From positions 1 through 37,369 of the forward strand of contig JBMSQQ010000027.1 in the NCBI GenBank assembly GCA_049423385.1: DNA of 37,369 nt. The letters are read 5' to 3'. A model generated the notes under the pieces. The model ran no database searches and was not told the origin of the DNA. It saw nothing but the letters and a program-made list of their open reading frames with translations. The translations under genes and the position numbers were made by a program. Below, piece after piece: positions 25,116 through 33,084 of this stretch (position 1 is the first letter of the stretch; each line of letters opens with the position of its first letter). This DNA is from Silvanigrellaceae bacterium. Its GTDB lineage: Bacteria; Bdellovibrionota_B; Oligoflexia; Silvanigrellales; Silvanigrellaceae.

Positions 25116-27935
25116 ATGCAAACGACAAGGCAGAAGGTGTCGTGTTTAATCATGAGTGTTTTCGGCGGGATGGCTTTTGTCCCTGACAAAGCCATGGCAC
25201 AACAGCCTGTCATTGTTGCTGAAATTGGTAAAACGAACAATGCGATTAGAAATGTAATTCATCTCAGTATCTTGATTGATGAAAAGCTGTTTTCCGACAA
25301 GTTATGTAAAGAACTTGGTGCAGCCCTGGAAGGAGCCAAGGCTCCCTGGAACTGGGGACTGGGACAGGTCAAGGGCTGCTATCACCTGAGCAAAGCTCCT
25401 TCAAAAATGGACGATCTTTTCGACTGGCATTTGCTGGTTCGGGCGGTTGATTCCGGCCTTGCCATCGAATTGTGCCGACCATCCTCGGACATGCTTGCAC
25501 AAAACAAAATTTGTTTTGCCGGTTTCAAATTTCAAAAGGTGGATCTGAAACCATCTGCACTTGCAGACAGTCGATTTGCACTTCTTGTTGCTGCTGGACT
25601 GCTCGAGCAAACCCCAATATTCATGAACAACCCAAAGGTGAATCCGCGGCGTGTTCGCTTCGACAAGCGTCTGCCGCGTGAATTGCAAAAGTCGGTGCGC
25701 TCGGTGCCGGTTGACGTTGAATTCAAAAACGATGCACTGGAATTGAGCATCTTTCCTGCACCTGAAGAGCAGGAAAAAAAAGCATTCATGAATTTTACAC
25801 TTTCGCGACAAGTGCGACGTGCCATGTATGAAAAACATCTGAATGAACTGCTGAAAAGCGGTGTTGGCGATGGCGACAAGGCTGTTGAAGCAGTGCCTTG
25901 GGTGCCACCGCTGCAACAGGAGAATTCATCCATAGAGAAAAGCCAAAATAAAAAAACGACTCAAATTGAATCCCCAGGCTCTGAAACCACTCCCATCACA
26001 TTTGATGTCGAGATTGCCGCAGAACTCTTCAGCAAAGAGTCGTGTCATATCTTTCAATCATTGATGGACGTCGGAATTGGTCCCTGGTTTCTGAAATTGG
26101 GCGACTTTTCGTCTTGTCGAATCAAGGCGGCATCAAATGCAGCAACCGTGGAGTTGAACAATTGGAAAATTGTCGTTGAATCCGAATCGGGCGAATTGGA
26201 CGCTGCCATGTGCAGGCCCTTGCGGGCGGGTGATGATCCCGAGTTTGTTTGCTATGCACAATTGAAAATCAAGAATCCCAGTGGTTTCTTTGCAGCCATG
26301 CGGGATGTGCGCTTTGTCGCCCTCTTGCTCGGATATCTTTATGAGCTCGCGCCTGTGTCTGCGTATGCAGCCTTGGATTCTCCACCAGGAGGACGCGACA
26401 AAAGATTCCCCGATGAGCTTTCGGAACCTGCAAAACTTCGGCCCATGGAATTGAACTATGTGAAGGGAGGTCAATTCTATCGGCTCGTCGAACTTCGAAA
26501 AGAAGAAAAACACAAGCATCAGGGCAAACGGGTTTTCTGGTCAAAACAGAAAACATTCAAAATTCGACAAGAGCAGTTCATCTCCGCCCTCAATTCACTT
26601 GCCAATGAAATCAACCTGGCCGGAAGTGACTCAAAAAAAACCGTGGAGACGGTGAAGGCGGATCAATCACCGCCAACCGATGTACCTGAAAGCGCGGCAA
26701 AACCCCATAAAACAGAAGGCGCGGCTGAACAAAAAAAACACGCAACTCCTCCTTCGGCGTCCGCGGTATTCCCGGCTTCGCAGATTTCACGGGACGCACA
26801 AATGGCAGAAGAAACACGCTTGAAGGCTTCAAAAGCAGCGGCAGCTGCCAAGGAATCAGCGATGAAAGCAGACGCCGAGGCACGCGAGGCGGCTGCCCAG
26901 GCAGCGGCAGCGAAGTCATATGCCGCCGCCCAGGAGGCAGCAGCGCGTGAGGCTGCAAAGCGTGAGGCAACTGCCAAGGAAGCTGCAGCAAAAGAGGCCG
27001 CAGCGAGAGAGAAGGCAGCCCGGGAAGCTGCTCAGGAATACGCCCGTCAGGCGGAGCGGGATGCAGCGATCAAGGAGGCGGTCGCAAAGGCCAACGCAGC
27101 ACGTGAAGCCGCCCAACGTGCAGAAGCTGCTGCACGTGCTGCGGTTGCTGCAGCGAAATTGGTGGCTCCCAAGGATGACGTTGAGGTCCTGGAAGAACAG
27201 ATTCCTGCCGCAGAGGAATTGCAGGTGGAATCAGCGCGCAAGGACTTGCGGTTTTTTGTTGCTGGACTTCCTGTGCAGGAAACCTACAGGGATAAATTGC
27301 CGGCTCTCTTCAAACTCGGTTTTGATTCCGGATTGTGGAACAATGATGCGTTCAGTATTGGTCTTTGGGCTGATTTTGGCAGGACGTTTTTTATCCAGAG
27401 ATTCCAACCGGAAGTTGTTCCAAATGACGTGGATGATCCAGATTCGGTTGCTTCACAGGTTGCCATCGGTGAGCGTGCGCAGTCCAGGCTCGGATTGTCT
27501 CTCGCCACCAGCTCACAATTCAGCAACAATCTTCTCGGTCTTTCAGTGCTGGTTGGTTCAGTCAATTTCACCTCAAAATGGGATTATGACCGAACCCTTC
27601 TGCTTCAGGCGTTGGGTCAGGTGGATGGCACGGCCACGACGGCGGGTGTGAAAGTATCGTTTGCCCCGGTTCAGGCTTTGGGTGGTTTTGTTTTCGATCT
27701 TGGCGCCGATTTCATTTCGGGCAGGGGATTGAATGGCAACACGTATGCTGTCGATCTCGGTTGGCGATTTCTGAATTATTCCGGAAGCCCGGTGAGAAGA
27801 CGGATTCGAGCGAAATTCGATTTTATCACTTCCCTTCAAATACTCGCCGTCAAGGCCAACAGTCTTGTTGATGGTGTTCCGGATGTCATCAACAGCACCT
27901 CTGCAGCTCTTGGCGTGCGCATTGGTCTTTTGTGA
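25116..27935 (+). CDS. Exported protein: two tandem Cys-containing domains, Ala/Glu/Lys helical spacer and probable C-terminal outer-membrane beta-barrel
   Basis: Signal peptide ending AMA; internal duplication 738 nt apart; EAAAK/EAAAR tract; alternating hydrophobic strands from ~27240 ending AALGVRIGLL. Confidence 0.75.
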   Translation: MQTTRQKVSCLIMSVFGGMAFVPDKAMAQQPVIVAEIGKTNNAIRNVIHLSILIDEKLFSDKLCKELGAALEGAKAPWNWGLGQVKGCYHLSKAPSKMDDLFDWHLLVRAVDSGLAIELCRPSSDMLAQNKICFAGFKFQKVDLKPSALADSRFALLVAAGLLEQTPIFMNNPKVNPRRVRFDKRLPRELQKSVRSVPVDVEFKNDALELSIFPAPEEQEKKAFMNFTLSRQVRRAMYEKHLNELLKSGVGDGDKAVEAVPWVPPLQQENSSIEKSQNKKTTQIESPGSETTPITFDVEIAAELFSKESCHIFQSLMDVGIGPWFLKLGDFSSCRIKAASNAATVELNNWKIVVESESGELDAAMCRPLRAGDDPEFVCYAQLKIKNPSGFFAAMRDVRFVALLLGYLYELAPVSAYAALDSPPGGRDKRFPDELSEPAKLRPMELNYVKGGQFYRLVELRKEEKHKHQGKRVFWSKQKTFKIRQEQFISALNSLANEINLAGSDSKKTVETVKADQSPPTDVPESAAKPHKTEGAAEQKKHATPPSASAVFPASQISRDAQMAEETRLKASKAAAAAKESAMKADAEAREAAAQAAAAKSYAAAQEAAAREAAKREATAKEAAAKEAAAREKAAREAAQEYARQAERDAAIKEAVAKANAAREAAQRAEAAARAAVAAAKLVAPKDDVEVLEEQIPAAEELQVESARKDLRFFVAGLPVQETYRDKLPALFKLGFDSGLWNNDAFSIGLWADFGRTFFIQRFQPEVVPNDVDDPDSVASQVAIGERAQSRLGLSLATSSQFSNNLLGLSVLVGSVNFTSKWDYDRTLLLQALGQVDGTATTAGVKVSFAPVQALGGFVFDLGADFISGRGLNGNTYAVDLGWRFLNYSGSPVRRRIRAKFDFITSLQILAVKANSLVDGVPDVINSTSAALGVRIGLL
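26934..27035 (+). repeat. 15-bp/pentapeptide tandem repeat, EAAA(K/R)-type
   Basis: EAAAR EAAKR EATAK EAAAK EAAAR EKAAR EAAQ, with synonymously diverged codons. Confidence 0.85.
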
Positions 27936-27937
27936 AT

Positions 27938-28786
27938 TTATTTGATGAAGCTTGAGAGTGCAGTTGCAAGGTCGTTGACCTGACTCACACGGCGCACGCG
28001 TTCTGCCGATGCGGTCACCTGTGTCATGAACGCTTCGGGATTGCCCGATCCACTGGTCATTCCCGCCGCTCCCAGTAGAATTCCAAAAACACGATCCGGA
28101 AAGACGGTTCGAAGTTCCGCTGCTGCATTGATTGGCAGCGGCATGTCGGTCGGATAACCGTCAGTGAAAATCAATACGCTTGCGACTTTCTTCGGCGAGG
28201 ACTGAATCAAGTTCACGGCATTTTGCCTTGCCACGTTGAACGCCTGCGAGATGTTGGTGTTGCCATTCGCCTTGCAAATGTATTGTCTGTACTTTGCATC
28301 GAATTCGACGTCGCTGAGTTGCAGGAATCCATCATCCGTACCGACAAAAGTGGCGCTGGAGCTGAAAATCGTCAACGACAAGCGTGCCTCGGGGTTGGTG
28401 CCCAACGTTTTGCGAAGATCGCCGAAAAAAGCCTTCAGAGCTTCGATTCTGGTGCAATTCGGGTCGTTTTGGCCGAGCGAACCGGAAACGTCGATGATGG
28501 CATGGAGGTCGAGGCTCAGGCCCGGTGCGGCGATTTTGTTTGGAGGCGCAGAGCCCAAGGACTCTACAGAGGATGAACTGTTTGTCTGCGGGGTGCTGTC
28601 TGAACTTTTGCTGGTTTTCAGTGTGCTGTCTGAACTTTTGCTGGTCGTTTGGTCAGCCTGAAGTCCCTCGTTTCCTGCCTTCGGTGGCTTGGGAGTCGGG
28701 TTTCTGGGAGCAGACGAATTGAATGTTGGAGGCGCGCACGAGATCGCGCACAATGACAATGCCATCGACAGTGATTTTAGAAGCAT
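27938..28786 (-). CDS. vWA-domain lipoprotein
   Basis: Lipobox CAISC; P/S/T linker; MIDAS IIDVSGS, GNTNI and IFTDGYP. Confidence 0.88.
   Translation of the reverse strand: MLLKSLSMALSLCAISCAPPTFNSSAPRNPTPKPPKAGNEGLQADQTTSKSSDSTLKTSKSSDSTPQTNSSSSVESLGSAPPNKIAAPGLSLDLHAIIDVSGSLGQNDPNCTRIEALKAFFGDLRKTLGTNPEARLSLTIFSSSATFVGTDDGFLQLSDVEFDAKYRQYICKANGNTNISQAFNVARQNAVNLIQSSPKKVASVLIFTDGYPTDMPLPINAAAELRTVFPDRVFGILLGAAGMTSGSGNPEAFMTQVTASAERVRRVSQVNDLATALSSFIK
28593..28645. repeat. Exact 23-bp direct repeat, period 30 (TSKSSDST x2) in the vWA linker
   Basis: gtgctgtctgaacttttgctggt at 28593-28615 and 28623-28645. Confidence 0.9.
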
Positions 28787-28806
28787 GATTCCCCCAATCC
28801 GTCAGA

Positions 28807-28834
28807 GTATCGGAAATAATGTCGCCAAATTTTA
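28807..28834 (-). promoter_or_regulatory. Putative sigma-28-type promoter of the vWA gene
   Basis: Minus strand TAAA (28834-28831), 16 nt spacer, TCCGATAC (28814-28807), 20 nt upstream of ATG 28786. Confidence 0.5.
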
Positions 28835-28904
28835 CGAATATTTTTTTGTGACGTATTATTGGTGTGTTGTGTTGTCGAAAATTGAATTTTGGGGTCTCTT
28901 TGGC

Positions 28905-30638
28905 ATGCCTCGGATTTCGCGGATCTGTTTGCTGTTTTGCTTGATCTCGCCTGCAGCAGGAACAAGCGTCTTGGCTGCACCCCAGGCGCAACCCAGGCTT
29001 GTGGTTCTGATAGTGGTGGATCAAATGCGGGCCGATCTCATTGAGCGGTTTGCTCCTGCGTTCAAGAAGGATTCCAGCGGTCGAGCGACAGGATTTCTTC
29101 AACTGAGAGCACAGGGAGTCGAATTCACCCAGGCGCGAACAGCGGGTGTTCCATCCGTGACGGCAGCCGGGCACGCTGCGCTTTGCACCGGGGCCAACCC
29201 GGGTCGCAATGGGATTGTTGGCAATGACTTTTTCGACCGCAACAAACGCGAGGAAATTGAATCGACCTTCGACGACGGGGCAAAACCTGTTGTCACGGCC
29301 GATTTGAAAAAGTCGGATCCACTGTCGAATGTTCCCACGTCGGCGAGCAGTGCGCGTCTGCTCAAGGTTCCATCACTTGCGACTGCTTTGCATTCAGCCT
29401 CGAGAGGCACCAGCAGGACTGTTTCGCTTTCACTCAAAGATCGTGGTGCGGTTTTTTGTTCCGGCAAGAATTCGGTGGGGACCTACTGGTACGATTCCGT
29501 GACCGGAGGCATGTCGAGCAGTACTGCCTTTGCAAAGGTATTGCCCGGTTGGGTGGATGATTTCAACAGACGACACGTCAAAATTCGAAAAGTGGATTGG
29601 ACACCGATATTCTCGTTGCAGCAAATGCAGCAACTGCTGGTTGATGAAAAATACAAGTCTGCACTTCTGGTTCGAAGTCCCTTGTCCAAAAGATTTGGAC
29701 AAGGGCTGCCCTACACATTCCCACAGGAAAAAGAGCAAGCTGCTGCGGCCCGAAATTTTTTCCAGTACACTCCAGCAGCGTCGGATTTTCTGGTTGATTT
29801 TGCCGTCGAATCGATTCGTCAGGAGCGTCTGGGCTGCAGATCACGGCAACAATCCAAGCCCTGCCTGCAGGGTGTTTTTCCCGATCTCTTGACCATCAGT
29901 TTTTCAACTCCCGACCTTGTGGGACATGCCTTTGGTGGTGAGAGTCCTGAGCTGATGGACTCCTACGTCAACCTCAACCGCAGTCTGGCGCGCCTGATCG
30001 ATGAAGTCGAAAGATTGTTTGGCAAGGACAAGGTTTTGTTTGTTCTTTCTGCTGACCATGGAGTTCAGCCACTGCCTGAAGTCCTCGCTGCACAGGGCAA
30101 AAAGGTGGAGCGGTTGAAGGCAGATGTCGTGGTCGCCGCCCTCGAAGCTGAGCTTTCCAGGTTGTTGGGGCAGGGTCCTTGGGTGGAAACCATCAGTACA
30201 TCCCAGATTTACTTCAATCATGGGACAATGACTTCGAGAAACATCAATCCCGGTCGGTTGTTTGAATTGGCAAAAGGAATTCTTCTGAAAACGCCGGGCG
30301 TGCGCGATGTTCTCGGTGAATCCGAAATGATCGCAGGCAAGTCTCTTGAGGCCAGACTTTATCTCAGGGGCCATGACTCCACGCGTTCTGGAGACCTCAA
30401 AATTCTCACCCAACCCGGTTGGCTTTGGGGAAACTACAACGCAGCCAATCATGGCACGGCGTATGATGATGACACCCGAATTCCCGTGATTTTTTCGGGT
30501 TGGACGGTGAAAAAGGGCAGGGCAAACAATCAGGAATTTTTTGCCGACGACGTTGCTCCCACGATTCTTGGTGTACTTGGACATGCGGTCCCATCATCCA
30601 TGACAGGACGATCATTCGCCCGTGAAGTCAGCCCCTGA
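28905..30638 (+). CDS. Alkaline phosphatase superfamily protein, PafA-like
   Basis: Signal peptide from ATG 28905; VVDQMR, TAAGHA (Thr nucleophile), GIVGND, SLKDRGA, DLVGH, SADHG and NHG motifs. Confidence 0.9.
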   Translation: MPRISRICLLFCLISPAAGTSVLAAPQAQPRLVVLIVVDQMRADLIERFAPAFKKDSSGRATGFLQLRAQGVEFTQARTAGVPSVTAAGHAALCTGANPGRNGIVGNDFFDRNKREEIESTFDDGAKPVVTADLKKSDPLSNVPTSASSARLLKVPSLATALHSASRGTSRTVSLSLKDRGAVFCSGKNSVGTYWYDSVTGGMSSSTAFAKVLPGWVDDFNRRHVKIRKVDWTPIFSLQQMQQLLVDEKYKSALLVRSPLSKRFGQGLPYTFPQEKEQAAAARNFFQYTPAASDFLVDFAVESIRQERLGCRSRQQSKPCLQGVFPDLLTISFSTPDLVGHAFGGESPELMDSYVNLNRSLARLIDEVERLFGKDKVLFVLSADHGVQPLPEVLAAQGKKVERLKADVVVAALEAELSRLLGQGPWVETISTSQIYFNHGTMTSRNINPGRLFELAKGILLKTPGVRDVLGESEMIAGKSLEARLYLRGHDSTRSGDLKILTQPGWLWGNYNAANHGTAYDDDTRIPVIFSGWTVKKGRANNQEFFADDVAPTILGVLGHAVPSSMTGRSFAREVSP

Positions 30639-30762
30639 GCCGGTTGTCGGCTGATTTTTCCCACTCAATTGCCTCTGACTTGTGAAATAATCAAATTCGA
30701 TATGATTGGGAATTCGGGAAAGTGTTTTTCCGGATTTTCATGAATCCCCAGAGGATACACGC

Positions 30763-31998
30763 ATGTTGAAGAAAACTGTTGAATCCCTGGCACGCGAGTT
30801 GGACTCCGAGCGGCTTGGCAATGTGCGGCGGCTTGCGTTGATTCGGCTCTGCTCTGTCTCAGCATTCTTTATCCTTCATCTGGTGTTGGGTTGGGGGTTT
30901 GGGATGGTGACTTTTCGCGGCAAGGAAGTGATGTTCATCTGCTACTTGCTGCTCAGCTTTTTGTTGTTGTTGGCTTCCCGACAAAGCACCTCGGTTCGAA
31001 ACGCAAGCACATTTGCAATTCCGTTGCTGGATCTTCCGTTCACTTTTTTGATTCTTGAGCAATGGGCACGCGACAAGGGCATCCAGGGACAAATATCCAC
31101 CGGGCTTCTCGGCTTGTCGTTCATGATGTTCTTCATCAACTTGTCGGGATTTTATTTTAGCAGATGGCAGTCTTTTATCACTGCACTCGTGGCAATCGTC
31201 CTGACGGTCGAACTTCATTCGGAAACAAAGGTTCCCGAAGACTCGCGCTTTGTGGCTGTTCTTCTGCTTGTCGCAGCGGTTTTTGCGACACACATCAAAG
31301 CCAGTAGGCTGCATGTGCTGGTCAAAAGGTCATTTGATGAGCATGTGAAGCGGGAAAAGTTGACGAGATATTTTTCGCCTTCGGTGGCGCAACTGCTGCA
31401 AGCCAACCAGGAGGATCTTCCGCAGAGTGGTCGTGAACTTGATGTCACGGTTCTTTTTGCAGACATTCGTGAATTCACCAAGATCAGTTCTTCGATGTCG
31501 GGCCAGGATGTGGTCCGACTCCTCAATGAGGTTCATGAATGTCTTGTTGGCTGTATTTTCGAAACAGGCGGGACTCTGGACAAATACATTGGCGATGGAG
31601 TCATGGCCTATTTTGGGGCGCCGGTCTGGAATCCGCGGCATGCTGACATGGCAGTCGAATGTGCCATGAAAATGCGGCACGCGTTGGCTGAACTCAACAA
31701 GGTTCGGCAAGGCCGAGGCGAAATGGAATTGAAGATCGGCATTGGAATTCATTCAGGCGTGGCTATTGTTGGCGACGTTGGCGCAAAATTCCGGCGTGAA
31801 TTCACTGTGGTTGGCGACACCGTCAACACCGCATCAAGAATAGAATCACTCACCAAAAAACATGGAGTCGATATCCTCGCCAGTGAAGATGTAAGAAAAC
31901 GACTCAGTGACAGTGCGTTTCTTGTTTTTCAGGCGGACGATGTTCTGCGTGGAAAGAACACAACAATAAAAACCTATGCCGTGGGTGCGGCAATCTGA
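30763..31998 (+). CDS. Membrane-anchored class III adenylate cyclase
   Basis: About 6 TM segments, then TVLFADIREFT, DKYIGDGVMA, GIGIHSG and EFTVVGDTVNTASRIE; GAGG RBS before ATG 30763. Confidence 0.92.
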   Translation: MLKKTVESLARELDSERLGNVRRLALIRLCSVSAFFILHLVLGWGFGMVTFRGKEVMFICYLLLSFLLLLASRQSTSVRNASTFAIPLLDLPFTFLILEQWARDKGIQGQISTGLLGLSFMMFFINLSGFYFSRWQSFITALVAIVLTVELHSETKVPEDSRFVAVLLLVAAVFATHIKASRLHVLVKRSFDEHVKREKLTRYFSPSVAQLLQANQEDLPQSGRELDVTVLFADIREFTKISSSMSGQDVVRLLNEVHECLVGCIFETGGTLDKYIGDGVMAYFGAPVWNPRHADMAVECAMKMRHALAELNKVRQGRGEMELKIGIGIHSGVAIVGDVGAKFRREFTVVGDTVNTASRIESLTKKHGVDILASEDVRKRLSDSAFLVFQADDVLRGKNTTIKTYAVGAAI

Positions 31999-32116
31999 TA
32001 TGATTTTAATGCATATCAGATATCACAACAAATGCATTTAATTTATCTTTTGCAACCGATAGAAGCCTTCTCGTTGAACGCGGCCAAAGGTGGACCGTGT
32101 CTTCGAGGAGGTTGAT

Positions 32117-32473
32117 ATGTTGGTTCGTTTTTCTTTGATTTGTGCGTCTTTTCTTGCCCTCACGACTGTTGCGCCCTCGCCGGCCTTTGCCCTGACGGGT
32201 GGCATTTCCGACACTGAACCGAGGTTTTGTGCAGACATGATGTCCTCCGTCTATCATCCGGAGACGGGTGAAGAAGTCGTGACGAGGGATCTTTGTGAAT
32301 ACAACGATCTCATCGCTCAGGGATACCTCCCACAGAAGCCCAAAAAGTGCGCAAAGACATTTGGCTTCGTTTTGAACAAACAGAATGGTGATGTTGCCGA
32401 GTACAAGAGCTCCTGCGAACTGGAAGCACTGATGAGTGCTGGTTACACTCTTCTTTTGCGAAATCCACGCTGA
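32117..32473 (+). CDS. Small exported protein with two tandem 40-aa Cys-pair repeats
   Basis: GAGGAGG RBS; signal peptide ending AFA; repeats C...HPETGE...C-E...GY and C...NKQNGD...C-E...GY, 120 nt apart. Confidence 0.75.
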   Translation: MLVRFSLICASFLALTTVAPSPAFALTGGISDTEPRFCADMMSSVYHPETGEEVVTRDLCEYNDLIAQGYLPQKPKKCAKTFGFVLNKQNGDVAEYKSSCELEALMSAGYTLLLRNPR

Positions 32474-32545
32474 GGAATTGGGGGACTGGCCTTTGGGTGG
32501 ACATGCAGTGTAAGCTCGCTGCAACTCTTACCTGGAGGTCGTCCC

Positions 32546-33058
32546 ATGAAGTTTTTCGCAAGTTCCATCCTCACCATGACTGCTTTTTTGTCTCTGAGCG
32601 GCTGTCGCGGTGATGAGCCTGCACGCCTTCAGTCGATGCACACCGTGGCTGTTGATTACATCTCGATCGTGGTCAAGAACTTGCGGGGGCCTTCTCTTCC
32701 CGAAAGAAAAACAAACATTTGTTATGCGGTTTTTGCTGGCCCTCAAGGCTTTCCTTCGGATCCCCGGGCTGTCGTTCTCAATGGCTGCAAGGATGTCACG
32801 AGTTCGATCGAATCTTTTCTGATTGAAAATCTTCCACCCTCAACGGATGGTTACGTTGTGAGCTTTTTCGAGGACATGAACCTCAATGGCAAGCTGGACA
32901 CGCGCAACCTGTTTGGCATCCAGGTTCCCGATGAACCTTTTGGCTTCACGCAGAATCCTCCGCTCACAGGCGCTCCGACTTACGAAAAATGCAAAATCGT
33001 ACCCACAAGAAATGGCGAAAAATTTGATATCGTCATGAAGAAGATTGGCGGAGGCTGA
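32546..33058 (+). CDS. DUF2141-family lipoprotein
   Basis: GGAGG RBS; lipobox LSGC; YAVF...GFP, YVVSFFEDMNLNGKLD...P-x-EPFGF-x-x-NP. Confidence 0.8.
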   Translation: MKFFASSILTMTAFLSLSGCRGDEPARLQSMHTVAVDYISIVVKNLRGPSLPERKTNICYAVFAGPQGFPSDPRAVVLNGCKDVTSSIESFLIENLPPSTDGYVVSFFEDMNLNGKLDTRNLFGIQVPDEPFGFTQNPPLTGAPTYEKCKIVPTRNGEKFDIVMKKIGGG

Positions 33059-33074
33059 TGCCTCGCCTTTCTTC
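33047..33074 (+). terminator. Possible intrinsic terminator between convergent genes
   Basis: GGCGGAGGC-TGAT-GCCTCGCC hairpin (one bulge) spanning the stop, followed by TTTCTTC. Confidence 0.4.
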
Positions 33075-33084
33075 GCGGTTGTTT

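Noticed and set aside
26920..27651. 243-aa Arg/Gln-rich overlapping ORF
   Set aside because: A shifted-frame reading of Ala/Glu codons inside the 939-aa gene.
28689..28904. Long N-terminal extension of the phosphatase ORF
   Set aside because: It overlaps the divergent vWA gene start; the signal peptide begins at ATG 28905.
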